From assembly GCF_963921235.1 (NCBI RefSeq), contig NC_086107.1, forward strand, positions 102,984,001 through 103,048,000: a stretch of 64,000 bases of DNA, read 5' to 3'. Each line of letters starts with the position of its first letter. The first letter of the stretch is position 1. The notes under the pieces were generated by a model. It ran no database searches and was not told where the DNA came from. It saw only the letters and a list, made by a program, of their open reading frames with translations. Position numbers and translations under genes: made by a program. Shown piece after piece: positions 25,650-40,509 of this stretch. This DNA is from Mobula hypostoma. Its lineage: Eukaryota.

Positions 25650-27385
25650 AGAACAGTACAGATCAGGAACAGACCCTTCGGCCCAGAACGTTGTGCTGAT
25701 TGATTAAATACCCTATTTAATTTTGCTGATGACACCACTGTTGTTGGCCAAATCAAAGGTGATGACAAACTTTCTTAGAAGTTTGTGTAGATTGTGCACA
25801 GTGCACAATGGAAATAGTTTGTGCACAGTGGAAAGTATCCTAATTGATTGCACCACAACCTGGTATGGAAACACCGAAGTCCAGGAATGGAAAAGTCTAC
25901 AAAAAAAGTGGTGGATACAGCCCAGTCCATTGCAGGCAAAGTCCTCCCCACCACTGAGCACTTCTACATGGAGTGCTACCACAGGAATGCAGCATCCATC
26001 ACCAAGGCCCCCCTTCACCTAGGCCATGCTCTTTTCTCACTACTACCATTGGGCAGGAGGTATATCCCCCCAGGTTCAGGAACAGTTAGTCCCACAACCA
26101 TCAGGCGCCTGAACTGGCATGGATAGCTTAACTCACAACTCTGAACTGATTCCACAACCTACAGACTCACTCACAATTTTTTTGTAAATTCTATTCATTT
26201 CTTTATTTTCCAAGAAATGTCTGCAAGAAAATGAATCCTAAGGTAGTATATAAGTACTTTGATAATAAATTTTACTATGACTAAATTAGTAATCATATGC
26301 CTTACAAAACTTACCCTTTCTGCCTATACAATGTCCATTTCCTGCACATACACGTGTTTATCTAAGAATCTCTTGAATGCCTGTCGTATTTGCTTCCACT
26401 GCCCTTCCAGGCTATACAATCCAGCACCCACCACTCTCCATGTAAAATAATTTGCCCTTCTTTGAACTTACTCTTAAATACACTCTCTCTGGTATGTTGC
26501 ATTTCATCACTAGGAACAAAGATACTGGCTATCTACTCTGTCTATGCCTCTCATAATCTTATAAGCCTCTATCAGATCTCTCCTAAGCCTCTGCCACTCC
26601 AAAAGAAAACAACCCAAGTTAGTTCAAACTCTCCATATAGCACATGCTCTCTAATGCAGACAGCATTCTGCTAAACCTCTTCCGCACCACTTCCAAAGCC
26701 ATGACATTCTTCCTATAATGGGGTGACTAAATGCAATACTCAAGTTGTGGTCTAACTGCAAGGCTTTTGCCATTAACAGTGTACTATCCCAAACAGCAAC
26801 ACCACATTTGGCCAGGTTAAACCCCATCTGCTATTTCTTCTCCCAAATCTGCAACTGATCTACATATCACTGTATCCTCTGCCAGTCTTCTACGCCAACC
26901 ACAACATCACGAGTTTTCATCTCCCCTGCAAACTCAGTAATTTATGTTTCCATCCAAGTCATAGCAGTCCCAGTCAGGATCCCTGCAAAACACAGCTAGT
27001 CACAGAAGTCCCATTGACCACCACCCTCTGACTTCTATGGACAAGCCAATTCTGAATCCAAACGTCCGATTCACCATGGATCCCATTCATTTTAATATTC
27101 TGGACGAGTCTGCCATGAGGATCCTTGTCAAATGACTTATTAAAATTCAGTAGGCAACATCCCCAGTTTTATATTTATCAATCTCCTTCTCACCTCCTTG
27201 AAAATGTAATCAAGTTAATAAGAAACAACTTGCCCTAAACAAAGCTGTGTTGACTCTCTCTAATCAGGCCATGGTTTTCCAAATGCTCATAAACCCTATC
27301 CCTAAGAATCCTCTCCAGTAACTTCCCTACCACTGATGTGAGACTCGCCTGTCTAATTTCCAAAATTATCCCTATTTCCCTTCTT
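25650..27385 (-). mobile_element. Decayed CR1 interrupted by a Rex1-like fragment (+ strand, ~25715-26280)
   Basis: CR1 motifs QASLTSVVGKLLERILRDRVYEHLENHGLIRESQHSFV (27235-27350), with the CR1 3' end at 25650-25710. The inner piece has FADDTTVVG, VESILIDCTTTWYGN and HLGHALFSLLPLGRRY. Confidence 0.65.
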
Positions 27386-30300
27386 GAATACTGGAAAGGA
27401 GATCCAAGGAGAAAATTCCAGTCCTCAAAACCTAAATAGCATTTTAATATCAACTCAAACCATAAAAACCAGTACTTACCCATAGGGTGGTACAGGCCAA
27501 AGATGTAACAGTTGGTAGGTTGATCGGTCATTGTAAATTGTGGGATTGCTGGAAGGGCCTATTCTGTGCTGTATCTCAATAAATAATAAATATTGGTACA
27601 GACAGCATATTGTCCTTCCATTTATGCAGTATGCAGCATGAGTGCTTATCAGTTGGCTCCTCATAAATAAAACAATTGATGTCATTCAGAAGCAATATTA
27701 AACATTTCATACCTGTATACATTTCCTAATACTCTCCATTTTAAATCTGTGCCAGGACTCCGTTAGGTGAAGTTAACTCATTATGGAGTTTCTGCAGTGC
27801 TACAGTTGATCAGGACGCATCATTCCACCAACAGATAATTTCTTTTGTACATGTGGACATAAGCATTGAAAGGCACTACATAAGATTCAAGTTACAGACC
27901 CTACAACGTGAGGCATCTACCACTATTTTCTACTGTGTCATTCCAACTCTCCCTCTTCCAGACATTACAATTTTAGGGAGTGGCCCATAACACTTCTGTG
28001 GGTTAGGCACTTTGGTGGTGGGCTCCTGGCCACAGTGCTGGATCAGGCTGAAGACTGGGGCTTTTCCTCTCCCAGCCCAGCTGTCAGAGAGAGCAGAGCA
28101 GTCACTTCCTGGCCATCAATGCAGAATGTTACCTTTCTCACTTACTGAAGCTTAATGACCAACAGCTGAGGAAAAACTGCAACTGGTTTTCACTAAAAGC
28201 CGTAAGAGAACACCATTGTTAGCAAGAGTGACATATTTTAAAGGAAAAAGTGTATAACCAGCTTAATTTGTTTGCTGACTTCCATGGCCTAAAATTATTA
28301 TTATTTCTTCACAATTTGTGTCATCACATTATTTAGATAGGGTTTTAGAAACACAGAAGCAATAGTAAATTGCACTCTGGTTAGGTCACTCGTCTGAGTA
28401 CTACTGGTACCATGTAACCCAGTACTACCTGTCACATAGTCGGGTGGTCGACGACTAAACCGGCTCCCCCACCAGGCTTGCCTGGTGAGGAGGGTGGCTA
28501 GACATCCTGCAGGACGAAAAACAAGACCTGTCAAATGGCGGATGAACCCTCTTCTAGGGTCAACGGCCATCTAGCAAACACGTGCCGTGAAACGTGGAAA
28601 GGGCATCCCTCACATCAAAGCTTGGTCTGGCCATTCACTACAACAGGACTTCCCCCGGCTGTATTGGACCCCACCAAGCTACTGGATCCGGGATGGGATG
28701 TCGAGAGGGTGGGTCTGGACTTGTGCAACCCCCTACTCACCTAAAATCCATTCACGCACACGCTGTTCCTTTCTGAGGAGTGCGGTACCCCACTAACTGA
28801 CTGAAAGGAACCATCATCATCCGGGGGGAGGGGGAGGGGGAGAGAAATGCACACCTGCGTTACCTGACAACTGCACTTGGATTGAGTCCTACCTGAGATT
28901 GATTGGTGTATTAAATAAATCCAATTACAAGGCTGTAGTTACCTTTCCTATTCATGCTGACTGGATTTATAGAACACTAACTCATTAACACAAACCCAGA
29001 TGAAACATGTATACTGATAAGAGAACAGGCAGTAGAGGTGGGCAGGTTTCAGCCCTGTCCCTCCGTGATTCAATAATGTGACAACTGGCAAGACTCAGCT
29101 GTACAGAATGATCACACTTCGGTGATCTCCCAGAAGGCTGCTACCACCTGTGGAAGTGCTTTTGGCAAGAGGCAAAGACTTAGTAGTCAGATAACTATTT
29201 CAGTGAAATGCAATGGAGGACTTATCTCCAAAGACAGATGAGCATTTGTGTAGCACTATAGAGTACTTCTCAAAAACTCCTCACAGTACCATGCAGCAAA
29301 TTACTCACAAACCCAGTCACTACTACGTATGCAAAACGCAGCAATCACTGAGCAGAGAAGACTTAATAAGCAGTTAATCTGCTTTTGGCAATGTTATTGA
29401 TGGAATTTAGCCAGGATGCCAATTGAGCACATTGCTCATCCACAAACAATGGCATTGGCCAACATTTATGTCAAGAAGTGGATCAGGTCATTCAGTTTCT
29501 GTTAACACCTCACATGAAGGACAGCACCTCCAAGAGTTCAAATGAAGTACTGCAGAAAGACATACTCCGGACTGACAACCTGATTCAAAGCTTAAAAGTG
29601 CCACATCCATTCACTCAGTTTACAGCTGAGTTTGTATCGGTCATAGATAAGCACAGCCCCTGCCAAACCATTTAAACTGTCTACTCCCATCGACCTGCAC
29701 CGGGACCACAGCCTCCATTCCCCTACCACCCATGTACCACTCCAAACTTCTCTTAAATGTACCCCACTCACATCCCTGGAACCTACCTCACCACTAATCC
29801 TATCAATCTCGGACTGAATGTGATCCCCACTCATCTTAGATCATATTTGTAATGCCCCGATTCAGACTTGAAGGTCACATCTGTCCCACAGTTAGCAGCC
29901 TTTTGGTATATGTCCTGGGTGGGTTGGAGAATTAAAATCATTCATCAGCTTTAAGCTGAAGGTAAGCATTGCATTGATCGTGGACTGCATACGGAAGAGT
30001 GAACTAGAGGGAATAGCAAAAGGGGAAGGGAGATGTGCCTGGCGGTGGTACTGCCTAAAATTTGGTAGAAATTTAAAAAAGGTAATCCAGAAAGTGGGAT
30101 CTAGAAGCTGAAGGGGAACCTAATTGTTGCTCTGGTTGTGATGAGCAACAAGATCGGAAATGTGAAGTGAAACAACAGATGAAACGCCTGTTGACTAAGG
30201 TGGAGGAAAAACCAAGATGGTAAATAAAAGCTCATACCCACTGGCGGGGAAAGTATCAAACATCAGAACAGATCTGATAGTGCGAGAGAAAATGGGTGAA

Positions 30301-30954
30301 TGGAGCCCTCAAAGAAAGCAGGTAGGAGGTGCGGGCAAGGTTAAACTCCCGGTCAAGATGACACTGAGCTACAATGTCATGGCTCAGACTTGGGTTTGTG
30401 GGGATGAATTTGGAAACAGATGGGGTTGTTAGAGGTCTGGGGCAGTAATGAAAGGAGTTTGAGTCCTGATCGAAGAATTCTCTGTTGAACGCCGGTGACG
30501 CCAGAAGTCATGTGGCAGGTGCTCAGGAGACCAGCGATCCCCAGTATGGAGACTAGTCCCGGGTTGGAAGTCTGTATGAGTGGCTACGGGTATGGGTAAG
30601 AGTCACGAGGGCCGGTGAACCCCAGGCCATTGGGATCAGAGGTCCAGAAATCAAGGCACAAAGGTCAAACCTGGCAAAGTCTGAAAGTTGAAGACCAAAG
30701 GTAGGGGCCTGATGGAGTCACAAAGACTCAGGTCACTGGGGTCAAAGGTGAGTGCGAGTCTGGAAGTCAAAGCCCAAAGGCCAAACCCATGATTAAGGTC
30801 CTCAGGTGAAGTTTGAAGTTGGAGGGCTGAAGACTGCGAGTCCTAGAATCTGACAAGGACTAGAGGCCCGGAGATGGCCTGTCCTGGGGTTAGCACCCTG
30901 TCTGGGTGGGAGGGATGGGAAATCTGTTTGTCTTGCTGTTGTTGGTGAACTGCC

Positions 30955-31520
30955 AGAATCAGGTTTAATATCACCAACATATGTCGTGAAATTTGCTGTC
31001 TTTGTGGCAGCAGCACAATGCAATACATAATAATAGAGAAAAACGTGAATTATGGTATATTAAATTAAATAGTGGAAAATAAAAAGTAGTAGTGAGGTAG
31101 TGTTCATGGGTTCAATGTTCAGTCGGAAATTGCATGTTCCTGAATCGTTGAGCGTCTCCCCTCAGGTTCCTGTGCCTCATTCCTGATTGTAGCAATGAGA
31201 ACAGGGCATGTCCTGGATACTGGAGTTCCTCATGATGGATGCTGCCTTTTTGAGGCTTCACTCCTTCAAGATGTCCTGGATACTATGGACGCTAGTGCCC
31301 AAGATGGAGCTGACCAAGTTTACAACTCTCTGCAGCTTACTTCAATCCTGTGCAGTAGCTCCCTCATACCAGATGATGATTCAGCCAGTTAGAATGCTCT
31401 CCACAGTACATCTGTAGAAGTTTGACAGCGTTTTCGGTGACTTACCAAATCTCTTCAAACTCCTAATGAAATAAGCTGCCACTGTACCTTCTTTGAAGCT
31501 GCGTCAGTATGGTGTGCCCA
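30955..31520 (-). mobile_element. Rex1/Babar-like 3' fragment
   Basis: Ends in the ...ATATGTTGGTGATATTAAACCTGATTCTG 3' tail shared with the 42030-42740 copy. KAASIMRNSSIQDMP-type coding remnants. Confidence 0.65.
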
Positions 31521-32784
31521 CATCCTTTGGCCTCAATTTACAGCTGAGTATTCCATTCAAACCCCTTGAACCTACATGATTTGGACCCATATGGCCTCCC
31601 ATAGCTGTGCCTTTGATTTACAAGAATGTGGGGAGACAAAGAAAAAGTTGTTCAATGTATGAACAAGTTCAGCTAAACCTGGGAGGGTGTTCTTTCGGAG
31701 AGAGAGAGAGAGATTGGGTCTTTGTTCAAGGAAGAGATAAGGGCCCCCAGGCCATTCAGCTATAGGATAAGGTGTAGAGGGACCAGACATCCATGGTAAA
31801 GATTAGTCTATTGAGACTATCAAAATTGCGAACTAGCAAAGTGGCAGAGGGTATCAGAGATGTCACAGTGGTCCTGACAAGTGAAGAAAGAATAGAGCTA
31901 TAGAGTTACACAGATCCATCACAACAACAGGCCTCTGACCCACTGAATATCTGCCACCCATTTACACTAATTCTACATTAATCTTATTTGTTTTATTCTG
32001 TCCACATTTCCATCAACTGGTCCCAGACTCTGCCTTTCACCCACATACTGGCAGGAATTTACAGTGGCTAATTAACCTGCCAATCAGCCCCTCGTCTGGA
32101 TTTGGGAGGACACCAGAGCGGCTGGAGGCAACCCACACTGACAGAGGGAGAATGTGCAAAGTCCACACAGACAGCATCTGAGGTCAGGATCAAACCTGGG
32201 TCTCTGGTGCTGTAAGCAGCAGTTCTACAAATCTGTATCACGATCCTACCCTTAAGAGAGTCACAGTAGAAAGAAATATATTCTATGGGTTAAGAATGGG
32301 CTTTTATGATGTGTCTACACAAGCAGTCCTCTGCATGTCGATCCTGGTGAGGAGGTAGAAGTAGATGTGCATAATTGGGGAATGAGGCTGGAGGTTATGG
32401 AGAGATCTCAACAGGAATATAGGTTACTGACTGTTTAGGAGACACCAATGTTCCATGGTATAATACAACTTACCATCATCTTGATGAGGTTACCCATAAA
32501 TAGTTTATATCATTGGCTCTGGAAGCATACATACACAAAAAACCTCTTCTGTAACTTATACCAGAATGATGCCAGCCCAGAGGGTTATCAGTACTGCTTT
32601 CCTCCTTCCCATCTCTCATTTATCCTACATATCCTTCATGAGGTATGATGTTGCCCAGTATGGAAGACAGTATTCAATGGGCTTGACCAAAGCTAAAAAA
32701 AAAAAGGACAACTTCCTCCCCATTGCAACTTGAGATCATGGAAACCACTTCATTAGTCCGTAATGTGCACCTTTGCTCCACTCG

Positions 32785-33350
32785 CCACAAAGTCTGGACT
32801 TCCTCGTGGACATCCATTTCAATTCAACTTCCCATTACCATTCTGACAACGTCCATGGCTTCCTCTACTTGAAGGAGCAACACCCCAAATTCTTTCTGGG
32901 TAGCCTCTAACCTGATGGCACGAACATCAATTTCTCTAAATTCCTGTAATTACTCTCTCATCCCCTCTCTTTTCCATTCCCTATTCTGGCTCCCTTCTTA
33001 CTCCCTCTCTTCTTCTCTCCTGGCAATCACCTCCCTTTGGTGCACCTTCACCTGCTCCCTCTCCCATGGTCAACTGTCTTTTCCTTCTAGATTCCTTCGT
33101 CTTCAGCCCTTTACCCTTTCTACCCATCACCTTCAAACTTCTTTCTTTGGCCCAGTCTCACTGCTATCTTATATTCCTCCTCTTCCCCCCACCTCTTATT
33201 CTGGCTTCTTCCCCATTCCTTTCCAGTCTTTATGAAGGGTCTTGTTCCAAAATGCCCATTTCCCTCTATTGATGCTCCCTGGCCTGTTGAGTTCCTCCAG
33301 CATTGTGTGTGTGTTGCTCTAGATTTCCAGCATCTGCAGAATCTCATGTG
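32785..33350 (+). mobile_element. Old Penelope-like element 3' fragment
   Basis: Diverged homolog of 60052-60667: GIY-YIG C-terminal remnant (GGGTAGCCTCTAACCTGATGGCACGAACATC), pyrimidine tract, decayed HHR and CCAGCATCTGCAGAATC end. Confidence 0.7.
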
Positions 33351-34194
33351 TTATGATTAGTCCTTTGAATTTCACAGCAACTTTAAGGGATATATCTGCT
33401 TAAACTCCCAAATCCCTTTCTACAATCCCTCTTATCTCATAGTATAGAAACTATGTTGATTTATCACTTCTAGGGAACATTCGGTGGCCTCACAGCTGTA
33501 AAAATTTGATGCAGTTTTACCACCCACAGAATCTCTACATTAAACTTATTTGCCTTTACAACTTTTTGCTCCCATTGACATAACAGATTCCAATGCAATT
33601 TTATCCAACTGCTTAATCACAATACAAAAACTGCATCGGATGATAAGGGTTGGAGACACCCAAGTCCCATGAAATTGCAAAGTAACTAAGAATGCAGCTT
33701 CGTAGACATTTTGAAATACCGGTGATAAATAAATTATCATTGTACAGTTGTGTTTAAATTTGAAACAGTAAATAGTCCAGTCTTGGTCATTATTTTTCTC
33801 CTAAAAATGTGGGAATTTGTATATACTTCAAAAACATTAATTGTCATAAACCTAGCCAGTTACAACTTGCAAGGGAAAGAAATCATTAATCAAAGTCAGC
33901 TCTTTACAGATTCAGCTATATTATAAAAAAGGTGTAATTACAACAAGAAGCAAAATCATTGCAATAAGCAACCTTCGTAAGACTTCATTAAAATGGCTAA
34001 TCAGACACCTAATCGATGTGCTAAACATTTTGGACAGTTTTTTTCATATGCAAAACTTTAACACAGATGGTAAATTGACATCAAAATTATTTAATCTCAT
34101 TCTTTCAGTTGAAATGTATTTGATGCCAATAATATACTAATTGACAGCTTTGATATTTTTATTTTAATTGGCAGATGCTGAAGAGTATTGATGG

Positions 34195-34600
34195 CTCTGG
34201 GCCTGTATCATTGGAATTCAGAAGAACGAAGGGGTGACCTAATTGAAAGATGAAAGGTCTTGATAAAAGTGGATGTGGAGAGGAGCGGGGGAGTCTTAAG
34301 ACAAGAGGACACAGCATCAGAATAGAGGGGCATCCTTTTAGAATGGCGATGACGAGGAACTTCTTTAGCCAAGGAGCGGGGAATCATTGCCACAGGAAGC
34401 TGTATATTTTATGTATTCTTTATGTATATTTAAGGCAGAGGTTGTTAAGATTCTTGATTGGTCAGGGCATGAAGGGATACGGGGAGGAAGGCAGGAGATT
34501 GGGGCTGAGAGTGAAAATGGATCAGCCATGATAAAATGGAGCAGACTCAATGGGCCAAATGGCCTAATTCTGCTTCCATGTCTTATGGCCTTATTATAAT
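34195..34600 (+). mobile_element. CR1 3' fragment (another at ~35780-36005)
   Basis: LKTRGHSIRIEGHPFRMAMTRNFFSQ and the CR1 3' UTR (GATCAGCCATGATAAAATGG...GGCCTAATTCTGCT). Confidence 0.7.
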
Positions 34601-35718
34601 GGTTTAGGTGACTCTGACAAAGTCTTCAACCTGAAAGGTTAACTTTGTTTCTCTTCTCCAGATGGTGCCTGACCCTGAGAGTCTTCAGCATTTTCTGTTT
34701 CTGAGGAGGTTTTACCTGGAACGTAGAGGACGAAGAGGCAAAGGGAGAAGTCAGCTGGCTCCAAGTGCTATTCTGAGACATTGGGCATAACTGAGAGCAC
34801 AAAGACTGGTAGGTGGAAGAAGCTTTTGAAGACAGTGAAACAGAACAAAGCTCCAGAGTGCTGAGCGGAATGACTGCAGGCATTTGACTGCTGAAGAAAA
34901 GTAAAGGTAGATTAGTGAAATGGAAGGGAACACTTGCCCATCTGTTCAAACAAAAGGCAGCTGCAGAGGCCAGAGGATAGAAATTAGGAGGAAATTTTTA
35001 AAAGGAAAAAAGCAGAACCATGAACACAAATGAGAGAAGTAGCAATAGGACGTGGGTACTGAATTAGTTGGGAGTTTATGAAGACTCGAGTTCATTTCCC
35101 CAAAGATACAAATATCAGTATAGAGAAGGGATGGGCAGCTCAGAACTAGCAGAACACCGAAAGCTGGCACAGTGCTCAAAGGCTGCATGCTTTTTTTGTA
35201 AGCTGCAACTTGTGATCATGAGAACTTCAGACATACCACATCAGGCAGGACAAAAGTTTAAAGGTTAAATAGAGGATTAAAAACCAAGATATCAGCACAT
35301 TTCGCTCTGACAAAGGCAATTTTCCCTACAGCCATGTGATATACAAAAAGACACTGCATTTTTTTCTTAAGGGACTTAAACAAAACTTTCTGGTCATTTA
35401 CCATACCCTCTTTTATTTAAGTGCAGAGCACAACCCTTTATTCTAAATCAAACTGATCTGCTGCAGCTCAATAGTGAGTCACCAGTGAGCGTTAAAAACT
35501 TTCCAGTAGGTTTATGCCAGTTTGGGGACCTTGAACAGCGAGTTGTACCTTCTGATACTGTTGGAACTTTGCCCTCTACTAGTTTGAAAAATACTTGTAA
35601 AAACTATAAAGATCCAGTGAAACTTTACCAAGTTTTCTAATTAGGAAAAAGCATTCAAATAAGCAGTAGACTGCAAAAGAGATGGTTAGGAAAATAATCA
35701 AGACAGAAAAATACTTAC

Positions 35719-35742
35719 ATTTCTCACACAGTCGCCCAATAG
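35719..35742 (-). CDS. PHF5A: PHF5A coding exon 2, 24-nt micro-exon: (A)IGRLCEK(C)
   Basis: Acceptor TTCTTTTTGTTTTACAG|CT ATT GGG CGA CTG TGT GAG AAA T|GTAAGT. Phases join exons 1 and 3 exactly, and total CDS 52+24+167+90 = 333 nt. Confidence 0.96.
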
Positions 35743-36024
35743 CTGTAAAACAAAAAGAAACCAAGTTAGACTAAAATTGTCAGAGGGTGGCAAATCTGTG
35801 GATTTCGTTGCCACAGGAAAATATGAAGGTTAGGTCATTGGGTGTACTTAAGGCGAAAGTTGATAGATTCTTGATAAGCCAGGGCATGAAAGGTTATGGG
35901 GAGAAGGCAGGAGAATGGGGTTGAGAGGAAAATGGATCGGCCATGATGAAATGGCGGAGCAGACTCGATGGGCACATGGTTTAATTCTGCCCCTATGCTT
36001 TATGGTTAAAGATTAAAGTCTGCC

Positions 36025-36302
36025 ACGAGCCTTGTGGCCCATCAGGCCAGTGCTTATGCCGGTTTCCGTGGCGTGAAGCAACTGAGAGTACGAGGACCAC
36101 CCCCCCCCCCCCGGATAGGACACCAGTCTATCGTGAGATTAACCTCCAGCATTTTTGCGGTACCCATTCTCAGCTGGGTGGACTGGAGCATTGTGTGGTT
36201 AAATGCCGTGCTCAAGGACACACACGCTGCCCCAGCCGAGGCTCAAACCCACGACCTTCAGATTGCTAGTCCAACGCCCTAACCACTTGGCCACGTGCCA
36301 CA
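36025..36302 (-). mobile_element. tRNA-headed SINE
   Basis: Head TGGCACGTGGCCAAGTGGTTAGGGCG...GGTTTGAGCCTCGG, homologous to the 12182 head. Confidence 0.65.
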
Positions 36303-37189
36303 AATGTTTTATGGTTATTTCCCAAAAAAGATCATCTTAGTGAGCTCACTGGCTCTCCATTCAGCTTTGGAGGACCTTGACAACAGGCTGCTGTTTATCG
36401 ATTAAAGCACAGCGTTCAACACCATTATTCCCTCAATGCTAATCAACAAGCTTCAAAGCTGAACCTCTGTACCTCCCTCTGTTTTCTTATTTGGACCCTC
36501 AACTTCTTTATCAGAAGACCAGTTGGTGCAGATCGTTGAAAACATCACCTCCTAAAGATTGTGTTTGTACTTCACAAAACTCTCTTTTGCCTAACAAAAT
36601 TCCTCATTGTTACCCCGCTCAGCTGGCATGATGACAACAGAACTGCCACTCCTAAGAATCCTTTCTGATGCCTGACAAAGGCAGGCATTAGAAAAAAGGA
36701 AGCTCTTGTCACCCATTTCACTGGATATTCGCAGGGTGTTTTCTACATGGTCAGCCTGTTACATTTTAGCTGACTGCAAAAATTGTCTGACATTTCAGAA
36801 TGTATGGTTAATTTGGAATAGGATGGTCTGTGGGGATGTAAAGGAACTGAAAAGTGAATTTTAGTTTCATAAACCAGCTCGAATGAAATTGGTAGCACCT
36901 GGAAAATCAGCTGAGTCCTTGACAAAACTGAGAGGAAGCTACTGACATGATGAAGGAAGCCCTGAACATCACCAGAAAGGACGACCTTCATTGCTGCCCT
37001 AAATGCTGGTGGCGTAACAGGCAGTAAATACACTGGTTCAAATAGTGTCGAGGATAATTATTACTGTCAGCATTCTCTTCACCATTACAAAAACCATTCA
37101 TTAAATATCACATCCCAGGAAAAACCTTCATGAGAAATAGATGCTATGACTATCTAGCATTTTGAGCTGCTCTGCTTTTCACTACGATC

Positions 37190-38490
37190 ATGGCCAACCT
37201 ACCTCAGCATTCTTCCCAGTTCTGATTCTAGATCTAATTCCCTTACTGTCCAGAAATTTATCCATCTGATTTGAATGAACTCATTGACTGAACCTTAGTA
37301 TCTTCATGGGGACAGAATTCCAAAGATTCACCACTCTGAATTTTTCCCTAATCTTGGTACTCTTTATTCTCTAATTATGCTCCCTGGCCTTAAGGCTCCA
37401 GTGCCAAGGAAACATCCTCCCTGCATTTAACCTGTCAACTCCTTTAAGAATTTTCTGTATTCCAATGAGGTGTTTTCTCCTCTTCTAACCTCTAGAGAAT
37501 ACAGTGTCAGGCTACTCAATCTCTCCTCACACAGCAAAGTTGTCATCCTTGTAACCAGACTTATGAATTTTTGCAGCATTTTCTCAATGGCAAGGTCATT
37601 CTATCTTGGGTAAACTTTACACAATGTTCCACATGCATTCTCACGAAGGCCATTTATTGATGCAATCAAGGCTAACATAACATTTACCCTTCCAATTGTT
37701 GGCAGTCAGTGACTTGTATACAAGCACTACCAGATCCCTTTGAGCATCAACAATACCCAATTTTCCATAATTTAACAAATACTCCTTTTTGCTGCCATGT
37801 GCACCAAGGCTGGTGACCCTACATTTACCATAGTAAAATTTATCTGCTGTAATTTCAACCGAGTTTGTCTCTTTCCCCTTTGAAGCCTCTACGTTCTTCT
37901 CCATACTCACATCACTGTTTCGCATCATTAGCAAACTTGGAACTATGATATTTGGTTCCTCAAATTGTTGAAATGGATAGTGAATACCTTGAAGACAAAG
38001 AACCAACAAGCCTGATGCCAACTAGACACAGCCTATCAATCGGAGATTGGTCCATTCTTTGGTGTCTGTCTCATAACGATTTTCAATTCATGCTAGTATA
38101 TTAAAATCAATTCCATGTGTTCTAATCTTCTTGACTAAACATCTGGGTAGACCCTCCATATTTTCTGGCTAGGAAATATCTCCAACTTACACCTTACTCC
38201 TTCAGCGTCAAGAAGATATGATCACAATCACAAGGAAACGTTGGAGATGGATTGGGCACATGATGAGAATAGAGGCCAACTCCATCAAGACAGCACTTTA
38301 CTGGACTTCTGAAGGATGGAAGAAACATGGAAGACCAAAGGCAACTTTGCGCTGTACTGTAGAAGCAGAAATGAGGACCCTGAACCACACCTGGGGCACA
38401 ATAGAGAAGACGGCCAAAGACAGACAGAGATGGGGGACCTTCATTGCTGCCCAAAGCGCCAGTGGTGTAACAGGCAATAAGTTAGTAAGT
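37190..38490. mobile_element. Decayed CR1 (minus, ~37190-38150) abutting an RTE 3' fragment (plus, ~38150-38490)
   Basis: CR1 remnant AQRDLVVLVYKSL. RTE C-terminus RKRWRWIGHMMR...KTALYWTSEGWKKHGRPKATLRCTVEAEM...AKDRQRW. Confidence 0.7.
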
Positions 38491-40509
38491 AAACTCCTGT
38501 GTGGGAGCTTTTTGAAAATTATTGCCTCATTTTCAGACCATGGGAACTGCATATGCTGCTTTGGCAGTATTATGCAATTAGCATCAATGCCTGAAGCTGG
38601 GAATAAATCTAAACTTCTAATTTTTGATTGATACAAAATACAATGATAAATCATGGGATTATTTACTTTAGGGATCATGAAAAATTCATTCAATACTTCT
38701 AGCTTACTGTCTTTCAGACAGATCAAAACCAATATGGACATCAAATCATTTCCTACCTTGTTCCATGCTTGGAGCTAAATAAAAAATATTAAATCTAAAA
38801 CCGGAAAGCCCAATTGTCGTCACATTTGCATCTTTGTGTGTCTGTGCGGTATTTTTTTTATTTCTGCTTCATGATGTGTGCAGACATGGTTGGACAGATT
38901 GCCAACATCATTCATTTATTGACAAAAATTTTTTAAAGATAAAGGTCAAGAAGAGACTCTGGCAATAGATTTGTAAAGTTTAAAAAGGTACATTCATTTT
39001 CCAGGATCTAGGCATAATGGCTAAGGTCAGGATGTTTCGTCCATCATTAATTCCACATGCAAAAGTGGCAGTAAGCCATCTTCCAGAATTCCTTTGGTGA
39101 AGGTATTTCAACAGTTTAATCTGGTAGCGTGGTTCAGGATCTGAGCCAACCTACAAAGGAACAGCCGACTTATTTTCAAATTGGATGGGAACTCAAGGTA
39201 GTGGTATTCCCATATTCTTTTTCCTACTTGATAGTAGAGGTCAGGGGCTTGGGAGATGCTGTCATAAAAGTCTGGCTGATAGATGCACTGAATTTTGGAG
39301 ATGTTACACACTGCAAAGGGAGGCGGGGAGGAGATATATCTCTATCAAAGGAGGTGTACGACGATCCTTCCCTCTGCTAGCTTGCAGGTCATCCTTGGGC
39401 AAGGTGTAGCACCTGCTTCACCTCACCCCCACTCCCCTCCCCATCAGGGTCACATGAAGCTAAGGGAGCGGCTGATGCATATCACAAGTCCCCATTGCAA
39501 GGGGGACTCAGCAATTTTTAAATGCTATTGCGCTAGCATTGGTAAGTAGACTCTTTCTTGTTGGACACTGCTATTGCCGGACACTTACATGGTTTGAAAT
39601 GTGAAACACTTATGTATATTTCAATGTCACCAAGGTCTCATTGCACTTTAGACCTTTCCATTTGTGAATGATACTGAGTACTGGGTAATCATCCCCTTGT
39701 GATTTTGTAAATGAAAGGGCTGTAGATCACTGGGCCTAGGGCACTGCCTTGATGGACTCCTATAGTGACATCTTGGCACTGGGATGAATGCCCTCTTGAC
39801 AACCACAACCATCTTCCTTGTGGGAGGTATGACTGAGGTGACTAATGCTTACATGGTGCTCGTTCAGTGGTTTTACCAGGACACCTTGTTGCTAAATGCT
39901 TTGGTGTCAAGGGTAGTCAACTCCCATCTCACCTCAAATCCAAATCTGCAATGAGGTCTGGGGAGGAGAGGTCCTGGCAAAGCCCAAACCATGCATTAGT
40001 GCGCAAAACACAAAATGCTGGCGGGTAGTCAAGTCAGGCAACGTCCACAGAGGGAAATGGAGTCGATGTTTCTGGTCGAGAACCTTACTTGGACTGTCTG
40101 AATCCCGGATGCAGAGTTTCAACTTGAAACAATGACTGTTCTTTTCCTTTCATAGATGCTGCCTAACCTGCCAAGTTCCTCCGGTGTTTTGTGTGTTGCT
40201 CCAGATTCCAACATCTGGAGGTCCTTGTGTCTCCTAGGCATTGGTGAGCAAGTGCTACTTCATAGTAACATGACAGCATTGTTGATAATTGAGAGCAGTT
40301 TTCCATAACGATGGACCAGTGCTGTAACTGTAATAGCTTGTCCGGGATTGCAACAGGCTCTCCAGCACAGAAGAGATGTTGTTTCGACCAATAACCAAAG
40401 ATGCAACATAATAGGTTCAGCAGCCATTTATGTGTACGCTATTTCTTGAACAGATTCTGTTGCTATTTTTTTTTCTCTCAACGTTCCTTTGTCTTAAGCC
40501 ATATTTCAA

